Assembly (NCBI GenBank): GCA_902572735.1
Contig: CACGGX010000001.1
Span: forward strand, 50,294-114,293
DNA from: an uncultured Alphaproteobacteria bacterium
GTDB taxonomy: Bacteria; Pseudomonadota; Alphaproteobacteria; HIMB59; GCA-002718135
Direction of reading: 5' to 3'
DNA: 64,000 nt
In this document: piece by piece, positions 10,020-20,481 of the stretch
Numbering within the stretch: the stretch's first letter is position 1
How the letters are laid out: every line of letters begins with the position of its first letter
Made by a program: the position numbers and the translations under genes
The notes under the pieces: model-generated
Told to the model about the DNA's origin: nothing
What the model saw: only the letters and a program-made list of their open reading frames with translations
The model's database searches: none

Positions 10020-11216
10020 TTAAAAATTGTTTTCTCTTAATGCTATAAATCCTGGTGATTTATTTCCCTCAAGCCACTCTAAAAATGCACCCCCAGCTGT
10101 AGATAAATATTTAAATGCATCATTGGCTTTAGCTTTTTTTATTGCCGCAAGTGTATCTCCTCCTCCTGCTAAAGCATCTAATTGAGACTTACTTGAATAA
10201 TTTTGTATAATATTTGCAACTGAAATTGTACTTTTATCAAATGGACTATACTCGAATGCTCCTAAAGGCCCATTCCACAATAGTGATTTAGATTTTAATA
10301 TTTCATCTGAAATTAATTTTGTAGTTTGTTCACCAACATCTAATATCATTTGGTTATTTGGAATATTATTGATTGAATAAGTCTCAACATTTACTGTTTC
10401 TTCTATTTTTTTTGAGCAAACAGCATCAATTGGCAAAAGTATTTTGCAATTTTTTGATTCTGCTTTTTTTTGTATCTTTTTTGATAGTTCAATAAAATCA
10501 TTTTCTACTAGAGAAGAACCAACGTTATAGTTATTTGATAATAAAAAGGTGTTAGCCATTGCACCTCCAATTACTAGAGAATCAAAAATTTCAACTAAAT
10601 TTTCTAAAACTTTTATTTTTGTTGAAACCTTTGAGCCACCTATAATTGCTAGATTTGGTTTATTTGAATTTTCTAAAAATTTATCTAAATTTTCAATTTC
10701 TTTTGAGAAACTTAATCCAGCGTATGAAGGTAAGTATTTAGTAATACCTGTTATAGATGCATGATTACGATGAGATGCAGAAAAGGCGTCATTAATATAT
10801 ATGTCAAAACTAGAAGCTAATAGTTTTGAAAAATTAAGATCATTTTTTTCTTCTTCAGCATTAAAACGAATATTTTCTAATAGACAAATTTCCCCTAAGT
10901 CCATTTCAGCAATTTTTGTCTCAATTATTTTTTTCTCACAATTAGCTAAAAAATGAATTGTGTTTAGATTTAAAAATTTTTTTAATTCTGAACATAAAAA
11001 ATCAATAGAATATTTTTTATTAACTTCACCTTTAGGTCGGCCAAAATGAGCAATTAAGAATACCTTATTTTTGTTTTTAATTAGTTTTTCTAATGTTGGC
11101 AAAATAGCATGAATTCTTGAATGATCTGTAATTGTCCCTTCCAAAACTGGTACGTTTAAATCAACTCGAACAATTATTTTTTTATTTTTACAGTCTAGAT
11201 CTCTTAATTCTTTCAT
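10020..11216 (-). CDS. pgk: phosphoglycerate kinase
   Basis: RVDLNVP, HFGRP, LLENIRF, GGSKVSTK, WNGPLGAFE, STAGGAFLE. Confidence 0.97.
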   Translation of the reverse strand: MKELRDLDCKNKKIIVRVDLNVPVLEGTITDHSRIHAILPTLEKLIKNKNKVFLIAHFGRPKGEVNKKYSIDFLCSELKKFLNLNTIHFLANCEKKIIETKIAEMDLGEICLLENIRFNAEEEKNDLNFSKLLASSFDIYINDAFSASHRNHASITGITKYLPSYAGLSFSKEIENLDKFLENSNKPNLAIIGGSKVSTKIKVLENLVEIFDSLVIGGAMANTFLLSNNYNVGSSLVENDFIELSKKIQKKAESKNCKILLPIDAVCSKKIEETVNVETYSINNIPNNQMILDVGEQTTKLISDEILKSKSLLWNGPLGAFEYSPFDKSTISVANIIQNYSSKSQLDALAGGGDTLAAIKKAKANDAFKYLSTAGGAFLEWLEGNKSPGFIALRENNF

Positions 11217-11354
11217 TTCTATTCACATTTATATAAAAAAAATGCTGGAAATCATTGATTTTTTTTAAAAATTTACAGTTTTATCTTTTTTAATACATAT
11301 ATTTAGTATATTAAACCTTTTTTGAGCTACTAAATGTAGTAATGGAGTTTGATT

Positions 11355-11825
11355 ATGCCTTGGGATGATAGTAATGTAGCAAAACTTAGAGATTTATGGG
11401 ACCAAGGTCTACCAACAGCTCAAATTGGAAAATTATTAGGTTTCACCAAAAACGCAGTGGTTGGAAAAGCTCATAGAATTGGACTCGAGAGAAGACCGTC
11501 ACCTATAAGAAGAACAGCTGTTAAGCCTGATCGAAAAAAAGCTAGAACTCCAGTAATGCCGAAATTAAATTTTGAAAACAATAAAGAACCAGAGATTGTC
11601 TCTGATGAGCCCGCTGTTTTCCAACCAGTGGTTAAAAATTTATTCTCTGGAGCTCCAAAGAGAGGTTGTGAATGGCCTGAGGGTCATCCTGATGAAGCTG
11701 ACTTTCGTTTTTGTGGTAAAGATAGATTTGAAGATAAGCCTTATTGCTTAGATCATTGTGCTGTTGCATATGTTGTTCCTGAAAAAGAAGATAACGAAAA
11801 GTCAGAATTAAATAATACGATCTAA
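11355..11825 (+). CDS. gcrA: GcrA cell-cycle regulator
   Basis: W..LRDLWDQGL...TKNAVVGKAHRIGL, CEWPEGHP, FCG, YCLDH; GGAG RBS before ATG 11355. Confidence 0.93.
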   Translation: MPWDDSNVAKLRDLWDQGLPTAQIGKLLGFTKNAVVGKAHRIGLERRPSPIRRTAVKPDRKKARTPVMPKLNFENNKEPEIVSDEPAVFQPVVKNLFSGAPKRGCEWPEGHPDEADFRFCGKDRFEDKPYCLDHCAVAYVVPEKEDNEKSELNNTI

Positions 11826-11875
11826 AAATAATTAAAATTCTAGAAATAAAAATTCTTCCTGCTATCAATTAAAAT

Positions 11876-13126
11876 ATGAAAGATGAGAGAATTAATTCTG
11901 TATTAACTCCTATTCTAATTGGAGGAAGTTTAATTCTTTTAATAAGTTTTGCAATTCGTTCAACATTTGGACTATTTCAAATTCCTATTGCGTCTGATTT
12001 TTTATGGAACCGTTCGGAATTTTCTCTTGCTATTGCTATTCAAAATTTAGCCTGGGGTGTAGGCACTCCACTATTTAGTGCTTTTGCCGAAAAATATGGC
12101 GATAGAAAAGCAATAGCGATAGGCTTAATTCTTTATGCAATTGGAATTTTTATAAGTAGTACTGCTACAACTCCAGAGGCGCATCAAACTTTAAACTTTT
12201 TAATTGGTTTTGGGATAGCTGGTAGTGGTTTTGGTCCAATTTTAGCAGTAGTTGGAAGAGCCACGTCTCCAGAAAAAAGATCTTTAGCACTAGGTATTAC
12301 AACTGCTTCAGGATCAGCTGGACAAGTGGTTGGGCCACCACTTGCTTCTATTCTATTATCATTTTTACCTTGGTCTTCAGTGTTTGAAATCTTTTCAATT
12401 ATATTATTAATAACACTGATCCTTGTTCCAATTTTAAAAACAGAATCAAATACAAATATTAATAATGAAAATGAAAAAATTTCTAATGTTGTATTTGTTG
12501 CATTAAAAGATCCAACATATTCAATGTTGTTCTTTGGTTTTTTTTCTTGCGGTTTTCAGTTAGCATTTATCACTGCACATTTTCCAGCATTTATTGTTGA
12601 ATCTAGTAGTCCAATTATAGAAGGAAGTTTAATAAGTTTGGTTTGTAGTTCTGTTGAAGGTTTAGGGGCATTATCTATGGCTCTTATAGGTTTGTTTAAT
12701 ATAATTGGTTGTTTGATTGCTGGAGCCTTAGGAAAGGGACATTATAAGAAATATCTTTTATCTTTAATTTATACCGGAAGGACTGTTGCGGCAATTTTAT
12801 TTATCTTACTACCTATTACACCAACATCTATTGCAATATTTTCAATAGTTATGGGTGCTTTATGGTTAGCAACAGTTCCTTTAACTTCAGGAATTATAGG
12901 TCATATTTATGGATTAAAATTTATGGGTACATTATATGGAATTGTATTTTTTTCTCATCAACTAGGATCTTTTGTAGGTGTTTGGTTAGGCGGTCTATTT
13001 TATGATATGTATGGAAGTTATGATATTGTATGGTGGGTTGGTATAGGGGTAGGTGCCTTTTCTGCAATAATCCATTTACCAATTAGAGAAAAACCATTAT
13101 CTAATACAAATATACAAACAGCATAA
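11876..13126 (+). CDS. MFS transporter
   Basis: About 12 hydrophobic segments; AIAIQNLAWG, GFFSCGFQLAFI, HQLGSFVG. Confidence 0.9.
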   Translation: MKDERINSVLTPILIGGSLILLISFAIRSTFGLFQIPIASDFLWNRSEFSLAIAIQNLAWGVGTPLFSAFAEKYGDRKAIAIGLILYAIGIFISSTATTPEAHQTLNFLIGFGIAGSGFGPILAVVGRATSPEKRSLALGITTASGSAGQVVGPPLASILLSFLPWSSVFEIFSIILLITLILVPILKTESNTNINNENEKISNVVFVALKDPTYSMLFFGFFSCGFQLAFITAHFPAFIVESSSPIIEGSLISLVCSSVEGLGALSMALIGLFNIIGCLIAGALGKGHYKKYLLSLIYTGRTVAAILFILLPITPTSIAIFSIVMGALWLATVPLTSGIIGHIYGLKFMGTLYGIVFFSHQLGSFVGVWLGGLFYDMYGSYDIVWWVGIGVGAFSAIIHLPIREKPLSNTNIQTA

Positions 13127-13130
13127 TTAT

Positions 13131-13253
13131 ATGGATGAAAAAAAAATTATACGAAACTTAATTATAGTAATTTTTTTCTTAGTGATTATTTATTCATTAG
13201 CTAGAGTTGGTGTAGGTTTAGATCTTAGCTTTGGACCTTATTTAAAAGAATAG
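13131..13253 (+). CDS. small single-pass membrane protein (40 aa), not in the ORF track
   Basis: MDEKKIIRNLIIVIFFLVIIYSLARVGVGLDLSFGPYLKE; fills the gap between the MFS stop and the convergent aminopeptidase. Confidence 0.6.
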   Translation: MDEKKIIRNLIIVIFFLVIIYSLARVGVGLDLSFGPYLKE

Positions 13254-13258
13254 TAGAT

Positions 13259-14497
13259 TTAGTTACACCATTCTCCTTGTTTAAATATTGGCGTTACAGC
13301 TCCATCCTTATCAACACCGTCAACATCAATTTTACCTGAGCCAATCATCCAATCAATGTGTATCATACTTGAATTGCCACCTCTTTGAGTGATTTCATCT
13401 TTCGATAAATCTTTTTTCGATTTGAAACATTTTGAGTAACATTGACCCAAAGCTATATGAGAAGCAGCATTCTCGTCAAATAAAGTGTTATAGAAAGTTA
13501 TTCCTAATTGCGAGATAGGTGAACTATTTGGAACTAAAGCTACTTCACCAAGTCTTCTTGAGCCCTCATCTGAATCGAGAACTTTTAATAAAACATCTTG
13601 TCCTTTAGAAGATTTTGCTTCAACAATTTTGCCTTCTTCAAAGCGAACATTAATATCTTCAATTAGTGTTCCTTGATACGATAGAGGTTTGGTTGAGCAA
13701 ACTTCCCCACTAACGCGACTAGCATGAGGAGTAGTGAATACTTCTTCAGATGGGATATTTGGATTACAAATAATACCATTTTGGGCTTCTGACGCGCCTC
13801 CCATCCACTCATGGTCATCAGCAAGACCTACAGTTAAAGATGTTCCAGGACCAGAGTATTTTAAAGAATGAAAATTTTTAGCATTTAACCAATCTGTTTT
13901 ATCTCTTAAATTTTTATTATGTTGGTCCCATTCAGCTACAGGATCATCATTGCTAACTCTTGAAGCATGAAATATTGCATCTCCTAATTTTTTAATTGCT
14001 TCACTATCATCAAGATCTGGGAAGACTCTTTTTGCCCATGCTTTTCCTGGCCACGAAATTATATTCCAGTTAATTTTAAATTCAGTAATTCTTTCTCTAG
14101 CTGGTTTGTATGCAACAGCATTAGCTTTATTTGCGCGCGAAACTTTATTAGGATCAATTTCAGATAGTAGCATAGGATCATCACCAGCAATAGCCATTCT
14201 AGCTGTATTATTATCAAAAGCTTCACCCATCCCATTATAGAGCCAATTTGCTGCAATATTGAAAGATTCATCATTTCCAAACTTAAATCGAGATAATGTA
14301 ATATCAGAATCATTGAAAAGTGGGGTCACAAGTCCAGCTCCTTCTTTATAAGCATATTCAGCTATTTTTCTAACTAGAGGTAAAGATTCTAACGGTGCTG
14401 TTATTAAAAGGTTTTGACCTTTTTGAAGTGCAACTCCTCTTTTAATAGAGAGATGAGCAAGTTTATCAATATTTTTTGTATCTACATCGTAAAACAT
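13259..14497 (-). CDS. aminopeptidase, M29 family (AmpS/PepS/AmpT)
   Basis: NIPSEEVFTTP, LGEVAL, LFDENAASHIALG, IHIDWM; start at 14497 or 14506. Confidence 0.92.
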   Translation of the reverse strand: MFYDVDTKNIDKLAHLSIKRGVALQKGQNLLITAPLESLPLVRKIAEYAYKEGAGLVTPLFNDSDITLSRFKFGNDESFNIAANWLYNGMGEAFDNNTARMAIAGDDPMLLSEIDPNKVSRANKANAVAYKPARERITEFKINWNIISWPGKAWAKRVFPDLDDSEAIKKLGDAIFHASRVSNDDPVAEWDQHNKNLRDKTDWLNAKNFHSLKYSGPGTSLTVGLADDHEWMGGASEAQNGIICNPNIPSEEVFTTPHASRVSGEVCSTKPLSYQGTLIEDINVRFEEGKIVEAKSSKGQDVLLKVLDSDEGSRRLGEVALVPNSSPISQLGITFYNTLFDENAASHIALGQCYSKCFKSKKDLSKDEITQRGGNSSMIHIDWMIGSGKIDVDGVDKDGAVTPIFKQGEWCN

Positions 14498-14636
14498 TAA
14501 TATCATAATTAGTTTTTAAATTCTAAAAAGTCTAGAGATTTTAACTTTAAAATTTATTTTTAAAATCTTTCCACAAACACTTGTTTTTTTTCAGATATAA
14601 AAATATCAAATCTAAGCAAAAATAGTAAAATAAATT

Positions 14637-16553
14637 ATGGATTATGATCTTTTAGATAAAATTAATTTTCCATCAGACTTAAGAGAATTTAACAAGAAAG
14701 ATCTAAAGCAAATCTCAGAGGAATTAAGAGCTAAAACAATTGAAACTGTTTCAAAAACTGGCGGTCATCTTGGTGCAGGACTTGGTGTTGTTGAATTAAC
14801 TGTTGCAATTCATTATGTTTTTAATACCCCTCATGATAAATTAATTTGGGATGTTGGGCACCAAGCGTATCCTCACAAAATTATAACAGGTAGAAAAAAA
14901 AATATCGAGACACTGAGAAAAAAAGACGGTGTGTATGGTTTTGTTAGAAGATCAGAAAGTGAATATGATCCATTTGGTACTGCCCATAGTTCAACAGCAG
15001 TTTCAGCAGGATTGGGAATTAAAGCTGCAAAAGATATAAATAAAGATAACTCAAAAGTTATATGTGTTGTTGGAGATGGTGCATTAAGTGCAGGTTTAGC
15101 TTTTGAAGGATTAAATAATGCGGGTGCACAAAAAAAAGGTTTAATTGTCATTTTAAATGATAACAAAATGTCAATAGACAAACCAGTTGGTGCTATGAGT
15201 ACTTATCTAACTAGGTTACTATCATCTAAATCTTACTCAAGTTTAAGAAATATTATTAAAAAAATATCTAAAACCTTACCATCAAATCTATCAAAGACTC
15301 TCTATAGAACAGAAGAATATTCTAAAGGACTTATCACTGGTGGAACTCTATTTGAAGAATTAGGTTTTTATTATCTTGGTCCTATAGATGGGCATAATAT
15401 AGATGATATGGTTTCAGTTTTAGAAAATATAAGAGATAACAAATTTGATAAACCAGTTTTTCTCCATTGTATAACCAAAAAAGGTAAAGGATATAGTCCT
15501 GCAGAAAAATCAGAAGATAAATTTCACGGAGTTGAAAAGTTTGATATTAACACTGGCAACTCAGTTAAAAAAACAAATTTAAAATCCTATTCAAATGTTT
15601 TTGGTGAAACACTATCAAAACTTGCCGAAAATGATGAAAAAATTGTAGCAATAACAGCCGCTATGATGTCTGGAACAGGATTAAAATTATTCCAAAAAAA
15701 TTTTGAAAAAAGATTTTTTGATGTTGGTATTGCTGAACAACATGCTGTTACAATGGCAGCTGGATTGGCGACAGAGGGTTTCAAACCATTTGTTGCAATT
15801 TATTCAACATTTTTGCAAAGAGCTTATGATCAAATCGTACATGATGTGGCTATTCAAAAATTACCAGTTAGATTTGCAATTGATAGAGCGGGGCTAGTAG
15901 GATCAGATGGTCCTACTCATGCCGGTTCTTTTGATATTACTTATTTAGCCACATTACCAAATTTTATAGTTATGGCGCCTAGCAACCAAAGAGAGTTGTC
16001 TAATATGATAGAGTTGTCTTGTGAGATTAATGAAACACCATCTGCATTTAGATTTCCAAGAGGAACGGGATCAGATGAACTATTCAATAATCAACCTGCT
16101 AAAATAAATATAGGCAAAGGCTATATTCTAATTGAAGGAAACGATGTTGCTATCTTAAATTTAGGCACAAGACTTGAAAAATGTATTGAGGCAAGTAAGT
16201 TTCTTAATCAAAATAATATTTATCCTACTATTGCCGATGCAAGATTTGCAAAACCATTAGACACAAATTTAATAGATAACTTATTAAACAATCATAAGTA
16301 TATTCTAACAATTGAAGAAGGTTCTATAGGTGGATTTTCATCACATGTTTTACATTATATTCATAATATAAGATCAAAAAAGGACAATGTGGTTATAAAA
16401 AATTTAATCTTTCCAGATCGGTTTGTTGAACATATGACGCCAGATGAACAATATAAAGATATTAAAATGGATACAGAATCAATAATAAAAAAAATTAATA
16501 ATTTTTATGAAAATAAAATTGTTGATATAAAGAATTTTAAATTAAAAATTTAA
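14637..16553 (+). CDS. dxs: 1-deoxy-D-xylulose-5-phosphate synthase
   Basis: GGHLGAGLG, WDVGHQAYPHK, GDGA...LNDN, DVGIAEQHAV, DGPTHAG. Confidence 0.97.
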   Translation: MDYDLLDKINFPSDLREFNKKDLKQISEELRAKTIETVSKTGGHLGAGLGVVELTVAIHYVFNTPHDKLIWDVGHQAYPHKIITGRKKNIETLRKKDGVYGFVRRSESEYDPFGTAHSSTAVSAGLGIKAAKDINKDNSKVICVVGDGALSAGLAFEGLNNAGAQKKGLIVILNDNKMSIDKPVGAMSTYLTRLLSSKSYSSLRNIIKKISKTLPSNLSKTLYRTEEYSKGLITGGTLFEELGFYYLGPIDGHNIDDMVSVLENIRDNKFDKPVFLHCITKKGKGYSPAEKSEDKFHGVEKFDINTGNSVKKTNLKSYSNVFGETLSKLAENDEKIVAITAAMMSGTGLKLFQKNFEKRFFDVGIAEQHAVTMAAGLATEGFKPFVAIYSTFLQRAYDQIVHDVAIQKLPVRFAIDRAGLVGSDGPTHAGSFDITYLATLPNFIVMAPSNQRELSNMIELSCEINETPSAFRFPRGTGSDELFNNQPAKINIGKGYILIEGNDVAILNLGTRLEKCIEASKFLNQNNIYPTIADARFAKPLDTNLIDNLLNNHKYILTIEEGSIGGFSSHVLHYIHNIRSKKDNVVIKNLIFPDRFVEHMTPDEQYKDIKMDTESIIKKINNFYENKIVDIKNFKLKI

Positions 16554-16583
16554 TTCTTAATAAAAATTAATTGAAATTTAGAA

Positions 16584-17369
16584 ATGAAGAAAATTAAAAT
16601 TTTAAATAAAAGTTTTTGTAGACCTATAAGCTGTTTGACTGCATATTCTCCATCAATTGCAAAGATTTTAGATGGAAAAATTGATTTAATACTAGTTGGA
16701 GACTCTTTAGGCTCAACACTCTATGGTATGAAGAATACTCAAGGAGTTACTATGGATATGATGAAAAATCATGGGGCGGTTGTAAATAAAGAAGTTAAGA
16801 GAAGTTTAAAAGTTTTAGATATGCCATATAAAACATATGATAATAAAATTGATGCATACAAAAATGCTAAATTACTTTTAAATCACTGCAAACCTGATTT
16901 ATTAAAGATTGAAATTAATAAAAAAAAATTAGTTGTTTTAAAACACTTAGTAGATAAAAAAATAAATGTCATTTCTCATATAGGAGTAACACCACAGAGT
17001 TATAGGAATTTTAATAAAATTAAAGTTTTAGGAAGAACAAACATAGAAAAACAAAATTTATTAAAATTAGCAAAAGAGTCTGAAAAGCTTGGAGCTAAAG
17101 CTGTATTGTTAGAATGTATAACAGCCGATACAGCTAAACTAATTACAGAAAATATTTCGATACCTACAATAGGTATAGGTGCTTCAAGATATTGTGATGG
17201 TCAAGTTTTAGTATTTGATGATTTAATAAATCTAAGCACAAATGATAAAAAACCGAAATTTGTAAAAAATTATTTTAATTTTAATAGGATTGCTAGCAAT
17301 ATAGTTAAAAAATATAATAGAGAAGTTAAGCTTAAAAAATTTCCTAATTCTAAATTTACTTATATTTAA
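16584..17369 (+). CDS. panB: 3-methyl-2-oxobutanoate hydroxymethyltransferase
   Basis: LVGDSLG, DMPY, HIGVTPQ, PTIGIGA, DGQVLV. Confidence 0.93.
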   Translation: MKKIKILNKSFCRPISCLTAYSPSIAKILDGKIDLILVGDSLGSTLYGMKNTQGVTMDMMKNHGAVVNKEVKRSLKVLDMPYKTYDNKIDAYKNAKLLLNHCKPDLLKIEINKKKLVVLKHLVDKKINVISHIGVTPQSYRNFNKIKVLGRTNIEKQNLLKLAKESEKLGAKAVLLECITADTAKLITENISIPTIGIGASRYCDGQVLVFDDLINLSTNDKKPKFVKNYFNFNRIASNIVKKYNREVKLKKFPNSKFTYI

Positions 17370-17998
17370 TCTAAATCTATAAAACTGTTGTTATTATCTA
17401 AAAACTTTATTAAACCAGAATCTATTTGGTACCACAAACCAATTACATTAAGTTTATTTGCATTTATTAATTTATCTATAAAATCATATTCATTTAAATT
17501 TTTAATTGATTGTTTTATATTTTCCTGCTCAAAAAAAGTTATTTTTTCAGTTTCTGAAAAATCATTAGGGATATTGTTGTAAGAATTTTGTAAACAACCT
17601 ACCCATTTATTTATGTATTCAAAATCATTAATATTTTCTTTATCTGATAATGTTTTGTAAGAATACTCAACCCCACCACAATTAGAATGGCCTAAAATAA
17701 TTAAGTTTGGAATTTTTAGAACTTTTAATGCGTATTCTATAGCAGATAATGTTTGTATATTTTGATCGTTATTATTTTTGGAAGGTACTATATTTGCAAT
17801 ATTTCTATGTACAAAATAATCACCAACATCTCCACCAAATATAGTATTTTCAAGAATTCTTGAATCACAACAAGTAATAATCATAGCAATAGGTTTTTGT
17901 GGAGTTTTAGAAGCTTGCTGGTAAATGTCTTTGTAATCTTCAAAGGTATTCTTTTTCCAGAATTGATATCTTTCAATTAAAAATTTTGGTATTTCCAT
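17366..17998 (-). CDS. beta-class carbonic anhydrase
   Basis: CCDSR, RNIAN and GHSNCGG zinc-ligand motifs. Confidence 0.92.
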   Translation of the reverse strand: MEIPKFLIERYQFWKKNTFEDYKDIYQQASKTPQKPIAMIITCCDSRILENTIFGGDVGDYFVHRNIANIVPSKNNNDQNIQTLSAIEYALKVLKIPNLIILGHSNCGGVEYSYKTLSDKENINDFEYINKWVGCLQNSYNNIPNDFSETEKITFFEQENIKQSIKNLNEYDFIDKLINANKLNVIGLWYQIDSGLIKFLDNNNSFIDLD

Positions 17999-18038
17999 AA
18001 TGTTATTATTTTAGTATTTATTTATATATCAAAATTAA

Positions 18039-19013
18039 ATGAAAAAGGAAATTAGTAGAAAATTCTGCGTAGCTCCAATGATGGGTTATACAACTCCGTA
18101 TGCTAGAAAACTTTACAGAATTTTATCTAGTAATAGTTTTTTATTTAGTGAAATGATAGCAACAAAATCACTGATTTATTCAAAGAGTAGAGAAAATATT
18201 ATTGATAATGACTTTAATAACCCTGTTGCTCTTCAGGTAGGTGGTTCTGAAATAGACGAATTAACAAAAGCTTCAAAAATAGCAATAGATTACAATTATG
18301 ATGAAATTAATTTAAATGTTGGTTGTCCAAGCAAAGCAGTACAAAAAGGAAGTTTTGGTGCATGTCTTATGAGAGATAAAATTCTTGTTAGAAATTGTAT
18401 GGAAGCTTTACAAAATAATAAGATTGAAGCTACATTAAAATGCAGATTGGGATTAGGTAAAGAGTTAAACTATGAATTTTTTGAAGAGTTTATTGATGAG
18501 ATATCAAAAACTGGAATTAAATTTATTTATGTGCATGCTAGAAATGCAATTCTAAATGGTATTAGCCCACAGGGTAATAGAACGATACCCCCGCTTAGTT
18601 ATGACTTTGTAAAAAAGATTAAAAAAAAGTATCCCAGTATAACATTTATCCTAAATGGAGGTATTAATAACCTTGATCAAGCAGAGAGTCTATTAAATGA
18701 ATTCGATGGAGTAATGATTGGAAGATTAATTAAGAATAATCCTTTTGTATTAAAAGAGGTTGATAAAAAAATTTTTAAAGAAAAAGAAAAATTAATTGAT
18801 GAATCAATAATTAATAATTATTTTGAATACATAAAACCAAAATTAGGTTTTGAGTCAATATTTAGATTATTAAGTCCTCTGCTTAATATCTTTTTTTCAG
18901 TTCCTCATAGTAAAAATTATAAATCTAAAATTAACGATTATATGAAAGATAAAAAGATAAATTTAATTGAAGATTTATTAATAAAATTTGTTAGTGAGAA
19001 AAATCTAAGTTAA
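18039..19013 (+). CDS. dusA: tRNA dihydrouridine synthase
   Basis: VAPMMG, EINLNVGCPS, VHARNAIL, NRTIPPL, GVMIGR. Confidence 0.88.
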   Translation: MKKEISRKFCVAPMMGYTTPYARKLYRILSSNSFLFSEMIATKSLIYSKSRENIIDNDFNNPVALQVGGSEIDELTKASKIAIDYNYDEINLNVGCPSKAVQKGSFGACLMRDKILVRNCMEALQNNKIEATLKCRLGLGKELNYEFFEEFIDEISKTGIKFIYVHARNAILNGISPQGNRTIPPLSYDFVKKIKKKYPSITFILNGGINNLDQAESLLNEFDGVMIGRLIKNNPFVLKEVDKKIFKEKEKLIDESIINNYFEYIKPKLGFESIFRLLSPLLNIFFSVPHSKNYKSKINDYMKDKKINLIEDLLIKFVSEKNLS

Positions 19014-19018
19014 ATTTT

Positions 19019-19549
19019 TTAGTAAGGTATATGATAAGAAAAAGTTAAAATTTCAGCTCCAGGATTTTTATCACCTAAATTTGCGTTTGAAATGTGACTG
19101 AATGAAATACCAATTCTATTTTTATTCTTTAATTCATAACTCACTTCAAATGAAGTTCTAAACTGCAGATCATTCCCTAATTTTTTTCCAGAACCATCAT
19201 CGTAAATACCAGCTCCAAAACTTGGTGTAAAAAAAAATTTACTTTTATCTCCCTCAAATAATTCGCCTAGATTATCCTCAAAATAGATACCAGTTAAAAA
19301 ATAAGAAGCAGAGTCGTTAGTATATTCAACACCAAAAAAAGGTTTCAAGAAAAAAAAATTGTCTTCTTCTGGCCCGATATCTAGAAACGATTTATCACTT
19401 CTATATTCATACCTAAAATCTAGAGCTTGATTTTTTTCTGAACCATCAAATTTTACATCATATAAACCTAGCCCAAATACGTTTGAACCTTTACTAGCTA
19501 AAGAGTTTGAAAAAAAAATGATTATTATTGAGATAAAAATTCTCATCAT
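19019..19549 (-). CDS. PagL-like lipid A 3-O-deacylase / acyloxyacyl hydrolase beta-barrel
   Basis: Signal peptide, HISNA motif, NPG.E, aromatic C-terminus. Confidence 0.8.
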   Translation of the reverse strand: MMRIFISIIIIFFSNSLASKGSNVFGLGLYDVKFDGSEKNQALDFRYEYRSDKSFLDIGPEEDNFFFLKPFFGVEYTNDSASYFLTGIYFEDNLGELFEGDKSKFFFTPSFGAGIYDDGSGKKLGNDLQFRTSFEVSYELKNKNRIGISFSHISNANLGDKNPGAEILTFSYHIPY

Positions 19550-19580
19550 ATAATTATATTATAATTATTTTATTAAGCTA

Positions 19581-20447
19581 TCAAATGAAAAATTCTCTAT
19601 TTTGTTGAGATATGTCTAATAAAGCTTTTTTTAATTTTTCTAGTGCTTTAGTCTCAATTTGTCTTACTCTTTCTTTACTTATTTTTAATTTTTGCCCAAG
19701 TTCGTCTAAGGTAATGCTTTTCTCTCGGAACTTTCTAAGACGAATAATTATTTTCTCTCTATCATTTAAAGTATTAATTGCTTGGTTGATAAAATCTTTT
19801 TTTATATTTTTATCATTGAAATCTTCATATGTTTCTTCAGGATTTTGGCGTTCATCTGCTAACAAACTCATTAAATCATTTTCTGTTTCGTTGTCAACTT
19901 TTTGATTTAGATGTAAATCTCCACCTGTAAGTCTTGATTCCATATTTTGTACTTCTAAAGATTTTACATTAAGGATATTAGAAACTTTATTTATTTCTTC
20001 TTGACCCATAAACTCCCTAGAAACATCATTAATTTGTTGTTTAATTTTTTTAAGATTAAAAAACAGAGCTTTTTGAGATGCAGTTGAACCAGTTCTAACT
20101 ACAGACCAGTTTTTTAAAATGTAATCTTGTATAGATGCTCTTATCCACCAAGATGCATAGGTGGAAAGTCTAAAATCTTTGGAGGTATCAAATTTTTCGA
20201 GAGCATGCATTATGCCTAGAACGCCCTCGTGAATAAGATCGTCTATTGGTAAACCATAGCTAGAGTATTTTCTAGCGTAAGAAACTGCAAGCCGTAGATA
20301 CGAATTAAGAATTTTTTGAAGTGATTTTGGAGTTTTATTATCTCTCCAATCATTAATAAGAAAAAATTCTTCATCTTTTTCAAGGATTGCGGCTTTTTTT
20401 GATAATTCTATAAGATTATTAGAGAAAAAATGATTTTTTGATAACAT
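19581..20447 (-). CDS. rpoH: RNA polymerase sigma-32 family factor (RpoH2-like)
   Basis: FRLSTYASWWIRA, RpoH box QKALFFNLK, ISKERVRQIE; downstream of carD/fdxA like alphaproteobacterial rpoH2. Confidence 0.9.
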   Translation of the reverse strand: MLSKNHFFSNNLIELSKKAAILEKDEEFFLINDWRDNKTPKSLQKILNSYLRLAVSYARKYSSYGLPIDDLIHEGVLGIMHALEKFDTSKDFRLSTYASWWIRASIQDYILKNWSVVRTGSTASQKALFFNLKKIKQQINDVSREFMGQEEINKVSNILNVKSLEVQNMESRLTGGDLHLNQKVDNETENDLMSLLADERQNPEETYEDFNDKNIKKDFINQAINTLNDREKIIIRLRKFREKSITLDELGQKLKISKERVRQIETKALEKLKKALLDISQQNREFFI

Positions 20448-20456
20448 ATATTATTA

Positions 20457-20481
20457 TACGTAAAATTATTAGATTGGATCA
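20457..20481 (-). promoter_or_regulatory. sigma-E (RpoE/ChrR-type) promoter of rpoH2
   Basis: Minus strand TGATCC-aatctaataatttta(15)-CGTA, 9 nt before the rpoH ATG; matches the Rhodobacter sphaeroides sigma-E consensus. Confidence 0.75.
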
